The translations under genes were made by a program, and so were the position numbers. From the NCBI GenBank assembly GCA_964355975.1, contig CAYHFW010000007.1, positions 27,165 through 91,164 of the forward strand: 64,000 nucleotides of DNA. Reading direction: 5' to 3'. Of this stretch, positions 8,515 to 19,793 are shown in pieces. The notes under the pieces are model-generated. The model was not told the origin of the DNA. It did no database searches and saw only the letters and a list, made by a program, of their open reading frames with translations. This DNA comes from an uncultured Singulisphaera sp. GTDB lineage: Bacteria > Planctomycetota > Phycisphaerae > Phycisphaerales > SM1A02. The first letter of the stretch is position 1, and the number at the start of each line of letters is the position of its first letter.

Positions 8515-9618
8515 ATGAAGAGTTTCACAAAGCGTGCATTCACCATCGTCGAGTTGCTCGTGGTCGTCGCGATCATCTCGCTCCTCATCGCCATCCTCTT
8601 GCCTGCAATCGGAAAGGCGAAAGACGGAGCGCTTGTCACACAGAGCATCGCAAACCTGAACAATTTGGGTAAGGCGAATGCGACCTACGGCGCAGACTGG
8701 CAAGATCGCCAGTTCACCGCGTGCGCAGATGACTTCGGCGCGGTCGCTGGAAACTGTGGCACCTACACCGGCTCGGTCGCCTGTCCAGCGCAGCAGATTC
8801 TCGGCTGGGATTCCACCGGCGGTCTCTGGGGCTACTGGCTCGGTGGAGGCCTCTGCCCAGGAAACTACCCAGGAAACTGCGGCAATTGGATCGTTTACTG
8901 GCCACAGGAATGGGCATCCACGAACGGATTCTTCGGCGCATGGCGCATGCCAAACGTGAAGGCGTTCAACGATTACGTCAACGGCAAGTTCTATGACAAG
9001 GTCTTTTGGGCACCGAAGGACAAGGTCTATCTCGAAAAGGCCGCTGATGCGTTTGCGAATCCTGGTGAGTTTTCAGTTCCGCCAAATCCTCCGATCTACT
9101 CAACCTATTGCTGGAGCCCAGCGGCGATGTGGTCACCCGACGTCTTGAGTTCAACAACTCTCGACTGCGCAAATGCAGGCAAGCCACAAAACTGTGGACC
9201 AGGCGCATGGCGTTCACCAGCCGCGAGCCAGGCCTCTTACCCCGACCTCAAGACTCGCATGATTGAGCATCAGTGGCTGCAGAACAAGGAAGGTGGCGAG
9301 TACAACCCAGGTTTCGCTGGTCAGGTTCCTTGGATCTTCAATCAGGGATACAACTCAGCCCCTGCGACGCTTTACTTCGACGGTCACGTCACCATCGCTG
9401 GTGTTTCTGACGCGATGGAAGCGAATGCGCGCGCGATGGGTCAAAATGCAAACAATACGAACATGTGCGCGCTGGGTCGGGGATTGTGGCACAAAGGCAC
9501 CCCAATGGGCACCACCGGCTACTACAGCAACATCGGATACGACATGTTGGTTTCGACCAACTATCACATCCTGACGACCGACGGTATCCAGGGACGCGAC
9601 GTCACTGGCGCCAAGTAA
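8515..9618 (+). CDS. Prepilin-type N-terminal cleavage/methylation-domain protein (pseudopilin-like, family 1, copy 1)
   Basis: MKSFTKRA|FTIVELLVVVAIISLLIAILLPA gives a class III signal with Phe+1 and Glu+5. C-terminal ...LYFDGHVTIAG as in planctomycete/verrucomicrobial pilin-like proteins. Paralogous to 9753-10889. Confidence 0.85.
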   Translation: MKSFTKRAFTIVELLVVVAIISLLIAILLPAIGKAKDGALVTQSIANLNNLGKANATYGADWQDRQFTACADDFGAVAGNCGTYTGSVACPAQQILGWDSTGGLWGYWLGGGLCPGNYPGNCGNWIVYWPQEWASTNGFFGAWRMPNVKAFNDYVNGKFYDKVFWAPKDKVYLEKAADAFANPGEFSVPPNPPIYSTYCWSPAAMWSPDVLSSTTLDCANAGKPQNCGPGAWRSPAASQASYPDLKTRMIEHQWLQNKEGGEYNPGFAGQVPWIFNQGYNSAPATLYFDGHVTIAGVSDAMEANARAMGQNANNTNMCALGRGLWHKGTPMGTTGYYSNIGYDMLVSTNYHILTTDGIQGRDVTGAK

Positions 9619-9651
9619 GTTCGGAATCAATCAGTTTTCAAGACGGTTTTC

Positions 9652-9682
9652 AAACCGGCGCCACGCGGCGCCGGTTTTTTCT
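9652..9682 (+). terminator. Rho-independent terminator
   Basis: aaaccggcgcc (9652-9662), loop acgc, ggcgccggttt (9667-9677), running into a T tract to 9680. Lies 34 nt after the stop at 9618. Confidence 0.8.
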
Positions 9683-9752
9683 TGCGCACTTTCTGCGAAT
9701 CTTGAGGCGCTGCTGTTGCGATCGCAAGCGATGCAGCGATAGGCTTGTAGTT

Positions 9753-10889
9753 ATGGTTATTCGACCTAAGACGTTTGCGCTGCGCGCATTCACAATCGTC
9801 GAGTTGTTGGTTGTGGTTGCAATCATCTCATTGCTCATCGCGATTCTCTTGCCGGCGATTGGAAAGGCGAAAGAAGCCGCGCTCGTCACGCAGAGTGCAG
9901 CGAACCTGAACAATCTCGGCAAAGCGAATGCGACCTATGGTGCAGATTGGCAAGATCGACAATTCACTGCGATCCCAGATGACTTTGGCGCGCCACCCGC
10001 AAACGGAAGTTGCGCGATCTATCAATCGCAAGTCGCATGCCTTCCGCAGATGATCGCTGGTTGGGATGCGACTGGAGGACTCTGGGGATTCTGGATCGCC
10101 GGTCAACTCTGTCCCGCTGGATTCCCTGGTAACTGCGGCAACATTCCTGTCTACATCGCCAACGAGTGGAGTTATGCCAACGGCGTCTTTGGGTCGTGGA
10201 GATTGTGCAACTACAAGGCGTTCAACGATTACCTCAACGGCAAGTATTACGATCCGGTTTTTTGGGCGCCGAAGGATCGCATGAATCTCGATGATGCAGC
10301 GCCAGCGCTCGCGTATCCCGGCGAGTTTTGTCCGCCAGGATCAACGGGCGGAAGTTCGATTCGCTCGACCTATGTGTGGAGTCCTGCGGCGATGTGGGCT
10401 CCCGATGTCATGTCATCGACGGTCGCCGAGTCGCCCAACGCAGGAAAACCAAATCAGTGTGGTCCTGGTGCGTACCGCGCGCCGGGTGCAGGAATGGCGA
10501 CCTATCCCGATCTCAAAACACGCATGATTGAGCGCATTTGGCTGCAAAACCGCGAGGGTGGCGAATACTGCAGCGCATTCACTCCCGATTCTCCGTGGCT
10601 CTTCAATCAGGGCTACAACTCGGCGCCGGTGTGCTTGTACTTCGACGGACACGTGCAGATGACTGGTGTCTCCGACGCGATGGAAGCGGATGCGCGCGTC
10701 AAGGGGCAGAATGCGACGAACACGAATGTCGCCGCCAATGCACGGGGACTCTGGCATCGCGGCACGCCACTCGGCGGAGACTTCAACGCCTACTACACAG
10801 CGCAGGCGTACGACCAACTCGTGAACACCGCGTTTCATGTGCTCACGACCGACGGAATTCAAGGTCGCGATGTCGTTGGCGCGAAGTAG
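9753..10889 (+). CDS. Prepilin-type N-terminal cleavage/methylation-domain protein (family 1, copy 2)
   Basis: Start at the ATG at 9753: MVIRPKTFALRA|FTIVELLVVVAIISLLIAILLPAIGKAKEAALVTQSAANLNNLGKANATYGADWQDRQFT. Alignable along its full length with 8515-9618. Confidence 0.85.
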   Translation: MVIRPKTFALRAFTIVELLVVVAIISLLIAILLPAIGKAKEAALVTQSAANLNNLGKANATYGADWQDRQFTAIPDDFGAPPANGSCAIYQSQVACLPQMIAGWDATGGLWGFWIAGQLCPAGFPGNCGNIPVYIANEWSYANGVFGSWRLCNYKAFNDYLNGKYYDPVFWAPKDRMNLDDAAPALAYPGEFCPPGSTGGSSIRSTYVWSPAAMWAPDVMSSTVAESPNAGKPNQCGPGAYRAPGAGMATYPDLKTRMIERIWLQNREGGEYCSAFTPDSPWLFNQGYNSAPVCLYFDGHVQMTGVSDAMEADARVKGQNATNTNVAANARGLWHRGTPLGGDFNAYYTAQAYDQLVNTAFHVLTTDGIQGRDVVGAK

Positions 10890-11080
10890 TTTTTCTGAGT
10901 GACGCAGGTCAGTCGGTGTGAGAGCGGCGGAATGCTTCACTCGGCGCTCAAACAGCCCTCGCCGAGCTGCGCAGACTTGCTCGGCTCAGGAACTCGCGCG
11001 AGCGAAGATTCCGCCGCGTTGACGCAAGCGAATCACGCGTGAGAGCAACATCACGCCGAGTCACCAATCTCAGCAGCCCG

Positions 11081-12433
11081 TTAGGGACCGCCAAGGCCGG
11101 GAGCGGTCGGACCTTTTTCGGCGCCGACTGGGTTCGATTTCTTTCCACCGAGCGGCTGCACCTTTGGCGCAGTTGGTGCCGCGACAGGGTCACTCGACTT
11201 GCGCGCATTCGGTGCGGCTTCTTGGACGGCGCCATCTTCGCTCGTCGTCACTGGCGCATCTGGATTGCTCGGTGCGGGTTCGGCGGGAGCGGATGTGGGA
11301 GAAGTTGCGAGAGGACTTTTCGCGAGTTGGTTTTCGTCGCGCGTAACAACTGCGTAGAGATTGCGATCACCTGCCGCGTTGAGCAGCCACGAGACATCGA
11401 TCGCTTCTTCGGCAGGAGGGCGCTTGCTTGCTTCGATCAGTTCGTCTTTCCACTCACGCCCCGACTTGCTGCGTGCGCGCACGAATTCTGCTTCCTTCGC
11501 GCCGATTCCAGTAAAGACAAGTTCGCCCTTCTCACTCGTTGTTGATCCGCGCCACGATCCAACTGCGCTCGCAGTGAACTTGGGACGCATGACGGCAACA
11601 CCGTCTGCGATTGCGGCGGCATGAATAAGCGCGTCGTTTTCTGCCGAGAGCGCAAGAAAGAGATGCGTCGTTGAGCCGATGTTGGCCGCTGAGATGTCGA
11701 GTACTTCGGCGCCCACTGCGAGCCGTCCATCAAGTGGCATCTTCTTGTCTGCCTCAACACGCCATGATCGTCCGTGGTCGGTCGAGAGGGCAGACATCAC
11801 ACAGCGTGGCGCCCCCGCGACTGCGAAATCACGCGCGATGAAAAACATTCGCAATCGATCCGCGCCCGCACTGCAGACGCACGGATTCTCGGGGCCATCC
11901 ATTGTTTCTGGCAACCCTTCAAATGTGCAGTACTCGAGTTCGCCCCATTGAAAACCACCATTCTGCGTGGTCGATCGGGCGATCGACCCGAACAGAGCCG
12001 GGTTGTCGGCTGGAAACTGCTGCACGAACAACCCGATCGAAGTGTCAGAGAGCGGGATGAGTGTCGGCGATGAAGCCCCAGCAAAAATGGCTGGCGCGAA
12101 CAGTTCTGTCGATTGCGTGAAGTAAGTCTGCACCGAGTCGCACCACGCCCCAACAGCGCCGCTGCGCGCCGCCTCGATGCGCAACGACCGCGCCATCGCG
12201 ACTGCTGCCTTCGCCTCTGCCGCTGAATTGCTTTCGTTCGAGGGAGTTGCAGGCGAGTCGCTCGCGGGTGCATCCGCGGGCGCTGACTTGGATGGCGGCA
12301 ACTTCCAACTCGCCGGCGGCTTCTTTTTCGGTGGATCGCTCTGCGGTGTGGCTGTCGCGTGTGCCGCTGCGACTGCGGCCACGAGCGCCGCAGACGCGAT
12401 GGTGCGTGTGATTGTGTTTCGCGCTGCGCTCAT
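11081..12433 (-). CDS. Secreted hypothetical protein with Pro/Ala/Lys-rich termini and one BNR/Asp-box-like motif
   Basis: Start at 12433: MSAARNTITRTIASAALVAAVAAAHATA (signal peptide). One SxDxGxxW motif (STDHGRSW). Low-complexity P/A/S tails. Confidence 0.55.
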   Translation of the reverse strand: MSAARNTITRTIASAALVAAVAAAHATATPQSDPPKKKPPASWKLPPSKSAPADAPASDSPATPSNESNSAAEAKAAVAMARSLRIEAARSGAVGAWCDSVQTYFTQSTELFAPAIFAGASSPTLIPLSDTSIGLFVQQFPADNPALFGSIARSTTQNGGFQWGELEYCTFEGLPETMDGPENPCVCSAGADRLRMFFIARDFAVAGAPRCVMSALSTDHGRSWRVEADKKMPLDGRLAVGAEVLDISAANIGSTTHLFLALSAENDALIHAAAIADGVAVMRPKFTASAVGSWRGSTTSEKGELVFTGIGAKEAEFVRARSKSGREWKDELIEASKRPPAEEAIDVSWLLNAAGDRNLYAVVTRDENQLAKSPLATSPTSAPAEPAPSNPDAPVTTSEDGAVQEAAPNARKSSDPVAAPTAPKVQPLGGKKSNPVGAEKGPTAPGLGGP

Positions 12434-12465
12434 GCAACGAATCGTACGGATGGATTCATCGTGAT

Positions 12466-12503
12466 GACAAAAGAAAAGACCCCGCCCATTTCTGGGTGGG
12501 GTC
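12466..12503 (-). terminator. Rho-independent terminator of groES-groEL
   Basis: On the minus strand: gaccccaccc-agaaat-gggcggggtc (10-bp stem with one G-U pair) followed by TTTTCTTTTG. Lies 65 nt after the groEL stop. Confidence 0.8.
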
Positions 12504-12567
12504 TTGCAAGTCGACCAGTGCGGCACGCGGGGAGACGCTCCCGATGGCGCAATCTGAGTCGATTCGA

Positions 12568-14202
<1,635 letters not shown>

Positions 14203-14256
14203 TGAAGACTCCGTATGGATTGATGTGTCTGAGTGAGTGTGAGTGGAGAAACAGAA

Positions 14257-14547
14257 TTAGTCGATCACGCCCAAGACATCTTCTTCGGTCATGATGAGGA
14301 AGGTCTCGCCGTCGATCTTGATTTCGGTGCCTGAGTAGGTCGTGAAGAGCACGGTGTCGCCCTTCTTCACTGAGAAAGGCATGTACTTGCCAGTGTCCTT
14401 GTTGAGGATTCCCGATCCGAGTGCCACGATCTTGCCTTGCTTTGGCTTGTCCTTGGCGGACTCAGGAAGGAAGATTCCAGAATCGGTCTTGGTCTGCGCC
14501 TCATTGCGCTTGACGATGATCTTGTCTCCGAGTGGTCGAACTTTCAT
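14257..14547 (-). CDS. groS: Co-chaperonin GroES (Cpn10)
   Basis: MKVRPLGDKIIVKR...GIFLPESAKDKPKQGKIVALG...; 96 aa, directly upstream of groEL. Confidence 0.97.
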   Translation of the reverse strand: MKVRPLGDKIIVKRNEAQTKTDSGIFLPESAKDKPKQGKIVALGSGILNKDTGKYMPFSVKKGDTVLFTTYSGTEIKIDGETFLIMTEEDVLGVID

Positions 14548-14587
14548 GTGTGTGCCTTTCTATAAAAACTGCTGTCAGAAACTGGAC

Positions 14588-15097
14588 TCAATACGCTGGC
14601 CAATGGCCCGCGTAATGACGTTGAACGACCCGCCGGAGAGTTTCCAACATGGACTCCAGCGGGACGGGACGCTCAAGAACTGAAAATGCGCCTTCGCGCA
14701 TCGCTTCGGCGAGACCGCGCTCAGATTCACGCGCCGAAATTTGACGGGGACGCACCACCACCATCGGCGGCACTGGACTCATCGCACGAAGCAAATGCAA
14801 GACGCGCGCGCCGAGCTTTTCGTTCTGGGCGACCTGCGAGTCATCGGCTGGAGTCGCGAGATCGATCACCGCGATGTGCACGCGATTGTGCAAGATCACG
14901 TTGCGCGCCTCTTGCGCGGTGCGACTGCGAATGCAGCGAATTCCCATCGGTTGCAAGAGCGGCGGCAGCTGGTCTGCGAACGAGTCTTCGCGCCATCCTG
15001 CATAGGCCAACAGCAGGTTCAACCTCGGCGAACCACCCGCGGCGGGTGACGTCTGGGCGTTCTGCAAACCGAGGTTTTGGTGCAAATTTGCAACCAT
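14588..15097 (-). CDS. Stand-alone receiver-like (CheY-fold) protein with degenerate active site
   Basis: Receiver pattern LLLAYAG...HIAVIDL...VVVRP...GAFSVLERPV. The N-terminal acidic pair is absent and the usual K-P is R-P. It ends 40 nt upstream of groES on the same strand. Confidence 0.55.
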   Translation of the reverse strand: MVANLHQNLGLQNAQTSPAAGGSPRLNLLLAYAGWREDSFADQLPPLLQPMGIRCIRSRTAQEARNVILHNRVHIAVIDLATPADDSQVAQNEKLGARVLHLLRAMSPVPPMVVVRPRQISARESERGLAEAMREGAFSVLERPVPLESMLETLRRVVQRHYAGHWPAY

Positions 15098-15249
15098 GAG
15101 CGGGGCTTTAGAGCAAACCGCGTGCCACCCCGCGAATGGGCACCCCTGCCCTCAAACCGATCCATCCCGCCCCAAGCGGGGTTTTTGATTGAAATCTGCC
15201 AAATTGGCGGGAGGGTGCCGATCGCAACCCCGCCATATACCTTTGGCGA

Positions 15250-16662
15250 ATGATCGATATCTCAGTCAGTCAACTCTTTCGCGACCCCAACTCCTACCTC
15301 GGCAAGAGCGTGCGCCTCAAGGGGTGGGTGCGCACCCGGCGCGATTCAAAGGCTGGCATCTCGTTCATCCAAGTGAGCGATGGATCATGCTTCGATGCCG
15401 CGCAGGTGGTTGTTGCGAATTCGGTGAGTAACTACGCGAGCGAGATTCAGAAACTCACCGCAAGTTGCTCGATCATCGCGCAGGGTGAGATTGTCGCGAG
15501 TCAAGGCAAGGGCCAGCCTGTCGAAATGCAAGCGACCAGCGTTGAAGTTGTTGGATGGGTCGAAGATCCAGACACCTATCCGATTCAACCCAAGCCACAC
15601 TCGTTTGAGTATCTGCGCGAGGTCGCGCATCTACGCCCACGCACGAACACCTTTGGCGCGATCGGTCGAGTGCGGCACTCACTCGCGATGGCAGTGCATC
15701 GGTTCTTCAGCGATCAAGGGTTCTTTTGGATTCACACGCCGATCATTACTGGAAGTGACTGCGAAGGTGCTGGTCAAATGTTTCGTGTCTCGACACTTGA
15801 TCTCGCGAATCTCCCGCGCACGCCTGACGGAAAGGTCGACTTCTCGCAAGACTTCTTCGGCAAGGAGACGCACCTCACAGTCTCTGGACAACTCAACGTA
15901 GAGACGTGGTGCAGTGCTCTGAGCAAGGTCTACACATTCGGCCCGACGTTTCGCGCAGAGAATTCGAACACGAGCCGCCACTTGTCTGAGTTCTGGATGA
16001 TCGAGCCTGAAGTCGCATTCGCAACGCTCAACGAAGATGCGCAACTCGCTGAAAACCTGCTGAAATACATGCTGACCGCGCTGCTCAACGAACGCGGCGA
16101 TGACATGAAGTTTTTCGCTGAGCGCATCGACAAAGAGTGCATCAACCGAGTGCAGAAGCTGGTCGAATCGCCATTCGAACGCATGGATTACACCGATGGC
16201 ATTCGCCACCTTGAAGCCGCAATCGCCAAGGGGCACAAGTTTGAGTATCCAGTCTCGTGGGGCACCGACTTGCAGAGCGAGCATGAGCGCTATCTCACTG
16301 AGCAGCTCGTTGGGCGTCCTGTGATCTTGATGAACTATCCCAAAGACATCAAGGCGTTCTACATGCGCATGAACGACGATGGCAAGACTGTCGCGGCGAT
16401 GGACATTCTTGCGCCAGGGATTGGTGAGATTGTCGGTGGCAGTCAACGCGAAGAGCGACTCGACATGCTCGACAAACGCATCGACGAAATGAAACTCGAT
16501 CGCAATGCATACAGTTGGTATCGCGACTTGCGCCGTTACGGGACGGTGCCGCACGCGGGCTTCGGACTCGGCTTCGAACGGACGATCGTCTATGCGACCG
16601 GCATGGCGAATGTGCGCGATGTCATTCCGTTTGCGCGCACTCCGAAGAGCTGCGAATTCTGA
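15250..16662 (+). CDS. asnS: Asparagine--tRNA ligase
   Basis: Class II motifs [34 protein letters not shown] and [12 protein letters not shown]. Confidence 0.95.
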   Translation: MIDISVSQLFRDPNSYLGKSVRLKGWVRTRRDSKAGISFIQVSDGSCFDAAQVVVANSVSNYASEIQKLTASCSIIAQGEIVASQGKGQPVEMQATSVEVVGWVEDPDTYPIQPKPHSFEYLREVAHLRPRTNTFGAIGRVRHSLAMAVHRFFSDQGFFWIHTPIITGSDCEGAGQMFRVSTLDLANLPRTPDGKVDFSQDFFGKETHLTVSGQLNVETWCSALSKVYTFGPTFRAENSNTSRHLSEFWMIEPEVAFATLNEDAQLAENLLKYMLTALLNERGDDMKFFAERIDKECINRVQKLVESPFERMDYTDGIRHLEAAIAKGHKFEYPVSWGTDLQSEHERYLTEQLVGRPVILMNYPKDIKAFYMRMNDDGKTVAAMDILAPGIGEIVGGSQREERLDMLDKRIDEMKLDRNAYSWYRDLRRYGTVPHAGFGLGFERTIVYATGMANVRDVIPFARTPKSCEF

Positions 16663-16672
16663 TCGGGCGCGG

Positions 16673-17719
16673 CTACTGATTTTGATTGCGCGGCATCATT
16701 GGAGGAAAGATGCCAGGCAAGAGAAGGTCGCGAAAGTGCATGAAATCGCGCCGCCACGAGCCAGTTGCGAGGTTGTCGGCGGGCTGTGGAAAGAATGGTC
16801 CATAGCCGCCGCCCGGAGGCCCCTCGACCAGCGAGACGAGGCGCGAATTCTGCAGCGAATACTGCTCTGTCGATCCATCAACGAAGCTATAGGTGATGTG
16901 CTCGGGTTCCCAGAATGCTGGCGTGTCGATCCAGCCTTGCCATCCACCTGCGGTGCCCCACGCGCCGGGATTCGGCGCACCAGCAGGCGCTGGAGTTCCA
17001 ACTGGTGGGCGCGGATCGATGACCCATGGCTGTTGGTTGTAGTTCAGCCCCGTGGTGCCGTCCGATTCAACGATGCAGAAAAGTGTTCTCGACGGCTCTT
17101 TGATGTGGTTGACATGCGTCGTGATCATCTCGCGCGGCGTGACCCCCTGCGCGCAGAACCACGGGGTCCACGTTTGACCGAATCCAAAATTATCGTGCGG
17201 AGTCGTCACTCCCACAAATGCACTGAGCGAGTAGCTGCGAATTCGACTGGTTGGATCGAGCGGCGAACGATAGAGCTGCGTCGATCCCATGTATGGATAG
17301 AGCCGTCCATTCGAGAGCGCCTTCGCATTCACGTTGGGGGTGTTGAGGCCGTACTCGTATTCGACGCCGCCGACGAGCCCCGCACCAAAGTCAGCGACCC
17401 ACGAGTGATAGGAGTTGCTCGCAGTATTGCCATTGTTGATCAACATCGGAAAGTTGCCGCAGGGCAGCGAGTAGGTGTGCACGAGATCGCCAGGGATGGA
17501 TGTTCGCGGGCTCGCCATCGCGCCGCCGTTGTCGACTGAGTACGCGACCTGCGCAAATGAAATCTGTCGTTGGTTCGACAGACACGATGCAACACGCGAC
17601 AACAGATGCGCCTTTGCGATGCCGACGATCAAGAGCGCGACAAGCAGCGCGATGATCGCGATGACGACGAGCAGTTCGGTCACGGTGAATGCGCGGATGT
17701 CAGCGCGTCGAACTTTCAT
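16673..17719 (-). CDS. Prepilin-type N-terminal-domain protein (family 2, 4th gene of the coupled array)
   Basis: MKVRRADIRA|FTVTELLVVIAIIALLVALLIVG...CLSNQRQI...RSYSLSAFVG...YSFVDGSTEQY...WRRDFMHFRDLLLPG. Its ATG overlaps the stop of the preceding gene (ATGA at 17716-17719). Confidence 0.85.
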   Translation of the reverse strand: MKVRRADIRAFTVTELLVVIAIIALLVALLIVGIAKAHLLSRVASCLSNQRQISFAQVAYSVDNGGAMASPRTSIPGDLVHTYSLPCGNFPMLINNGNTASNSYHSWVADFGAGLVGGVEYEYGLNTPNVNAKALSNGRLYPYMGSTQLYRSPLDPTSRIRSYSLSAFVGVTTPHDNFGFGQTWTPWFCAQGVTPREMITTHVNHIKEPSRTLFCIVESDGTTGLNYNQQPWVIDPRPPVGTPAPAGAPNPGAWGTAGGWQGWIDTPAFWEPEHITYSFVDGSTEQYSLQNSRLVSLVEGPPGGGYGPFFPQPADNLATGSWRRDFMHFRDLLLPGIFPPMMPRNQNQ

Positions 17720-18750
17720 TGCGTTTGGTACCTCGCGACCATTCCCGGAATGACTCCTGGCAGCAGCCGGTCGCGAAAGTGCATCCAATCGCGGCGCCAC
17801 GGCTCTCCAGAGTGATCTGGATCTTGAATCAGTCCATGTGTTTGCCCCGCACTCTGCGACTCATACATGGTCGCGAGCAACGCGGTGTTTTGAAGCGTGT
17901 ACGACTCTGTCGATCCGTCGACATTGCTGGTTGTGATCGGTGCGGACTTCCAGATTGCTGGCGTGTCGATCCAGCCCTGCCATCCTCCAGTGAGCGCCCA
18001 AAGCGATGGACTGGCGATTCCAGCGGGCGGCGGCGACCCTGTCGGCGGGCGCGGATCGATGACGAAACCGTGTGTGTTGTGCCCCGTGGCGCCGCCATCC
18101 TCTTCAACGATTGAGAGCATCGTCGACGAAGGACTTTTCACTCGCGCAAGAAGTGTGGTGTTCCATTGACGTGGGGTGACACCTTGCGCACAAAACCAAT
18201 CGATCCAACTCTTGCCGTAGTTTGCGACATCGTTTGGAAGCGTCACCCCAACGAATGCGCTGAGCGAGTAACTGCGAATGCGTCCTGTGGGATCGTGTGG
18301 CGATCGGTAGGCAGGCACTGAGCCGATGTATGAAAAGAGCCGACCCCCTGTGAGCGCCCCTTCGTTTTCGAGATTGCCTGTGAGATTTTGATTCCCATTC
18401 GCGTCGCGCCCTGGATACGAAGCGACCCACGAGTGATACGACTCGTTTGTGAGATGGCCTGCGTTGAGAAGCACCGGGAAATTGCCGCATGTGCTCGAAA
18501 GATTGAATGCTCCACTCATTCCCCGAAACGATGTGCACGGACTCGCGAAGGCGCCGCCATTGTCGGTGGCGTAGTTCGTTTGCGCAGCCGCAATCTGTCG
18601 TTGGTTCGACAGGCAGAGTGATGTGCGCGACATCATCCTCACTTTCTGAAATCCGGTCACTGCAAGGGCGACCAAGAGCGCGATGATCGCGATGACGACG
18701 AGTAGTTCGGTCACGGTGAAGGCGCGGTGTTGGGCGCGGCGCATGGTCAT
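17716..18750 (-). CDS. Prepilin-type N-terminal-domain protein (family 2, 3rd gene)
   Basis: MTMRRAQHRA|FTVTELLVVIAIIALLVALAVTG... with the same conserved blocks. ATGA overlap with the upstream gene at 18747-18750. Confidence 0.85.
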   Translation of the reverse strand: MTMRRAQHRAFTVTELLVVIAIIALLVALAVTGFQKVRMMSRTSLCLSNQRQIAAAQTNYATDNGGAFASPCTSFRGMSGAFNLSSTCGNFPVLLNAGHLTNESYHSWVASYPGRDANGNQNLTGNLENEGALTGGRLFSYIGSVPAYRSPHDPTGRIRSYSLSAFVGVTLPNDVANYGKSWIDWFCAQGVTPRQWNTTLLARVKSPSSTMLSIVEEDGGATGHNTHGFVIDPRPPTGSPPPAGIASPSLWALTGGWQGWIDTPAIWKSAPITTSNVDGSTESYTLQNTALLATMYESQSAGQTHGLIQDPDHSGEPWRRDWMHFRDRLLPGVIPGMVARYQTQ

Positions 18751-19793
18751 TGATCCTGATATCGGGGAAGCATCGGTGGAATCACTCCAGGCAGCAGCCG
18801 GTCGCGAAAGTGCATCCAATCGCGGCGCCACGGACCTGTCGTGAGATTGTCGGCTGGCTGCGGAAAGTTGTGGCCATAGCCAGCGCCGGGTGGTCCCTGA
18901 ATGAGCGAAACGAGTTTGGGATTCTGCAGCGCATAGGACTCGGTTGACCCATCCACGAGACTGTAGGTGATGTTCGATGGATGCCAAAATGCAGGCCAAT
19001 CGACCCAACCGATCCATCCCCCTGAATTCGCCCATTGCGCAGGGTTCACCGTGCCTGGCGGCGCCGGTGAACCGAGCGGAGGTCGTGGATCGATGAGCCA
19101 TCCCTCATTGTTGAAATTGAAACCATCGCTGTCATCTTCGACGAGTGACATGATCGTCTGCGCAGGAACCTTGATGTGTTTGGCGTGTGTTGTCACCAAC
19201 TCGGCGGGAGTCACACCTTGATTGCAAAACCATCCCTGCCACGTCTGCAAGTAACCAGGCGAGTCGGTTGGAACTGTGACGCCGACGAATGCGTTGAATG
19301 AGTAACTGCGCAAGCGGTTCGTTGGATCGAGCGGCGACCGGTAGACAGGAAACGATCCGATGTATGAAAAGAGCCTTCCACCAGAGAGTGCTTTCGCATT
19401 GGGATTCGTGCTATTGAGTTGATACTCCTGCTCGGATCCTCCGACGACGTTGGCTCCGTACGAGGCAGTCCACGAGTGATATGTGGCGTTGCTCGTGCTG
19501 CCGTTGTTGATCGTCATCGGAAATGTGCCGCATGGGTTGGTGAATGAAAAGACCGCGGTGCCACCTTGAAAGGATGTGCGTGGGCTCGCGTACGCACCGC
19601 CGTTGTCGATCGCATAACTCGATTGCGCAAGTGAAATCTGCCGTTGATTCGAGAGGCATGCTGCGGTGCGAGCGAGCAGTCTGGCCTTTTCAAGACCCAC
19701 CACCAGCAGCGCAATGAGCAGCGCGATGATCGCGACGACGACCAAGAGTTCAGTGACGGTGAAGCCCCGACAATCGGGGGCTTTGAGCGTCAT
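18747..19793 (-). CDS. Prepilin-type N-terminal-domain protein, H-X9-DG type (family 2, 2nd gene)
   Basis: MTLKAPDCRG|FTVTELLVVVAIIALLIALLVVG... with a literal H-X9-DG (HPSNITYSLVDG). ATGA overlap at 19790-19793. Confidence 0.85.
   Translation of the reverse strand: MTLKAPDCRGFTVTELLVVVAIIALLIALLVVGLEKARLLARTAACLSNQRQISLAQSSYAIDNGGAYASPRTSFQGGTAVFSFTNPCGTFPMTINNGSTSNATYHSWTASYGANVVGGSEQEYQLNSTNPNAKALSGGRLFSYIGSFPVYRSPLDPTNRLRSYSFNAFVGVTVPTDSPGYLQTWQGWFCNQGVTPAELVTTHAKHIKVPAQTIMSLVEDDSDGFNFNNEGWLIDPRPPLGSPAPPGTVNPAQWANSGGWIGWVDWPAFWHPSNITYSLVDGSTESYALQNPKLVSLIQGPPGAGYGHNFPQPADNLTTGPWRRDWMHFRDRLLPGVIPPMLPRYQDQ

Noticed and set aside
15679-16554. 291-aa minus-strand ORF, and similar long antisense ORFs at 16505-17539, 29457-30377, 58141-58992, 59628-60707 and 61557-62438
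   Set aside because: Each lies opposite a gene with unambiguous family motifs (asnS, prepilin paralogue, nagZ, ABC-F, FAD oxidase, ade).
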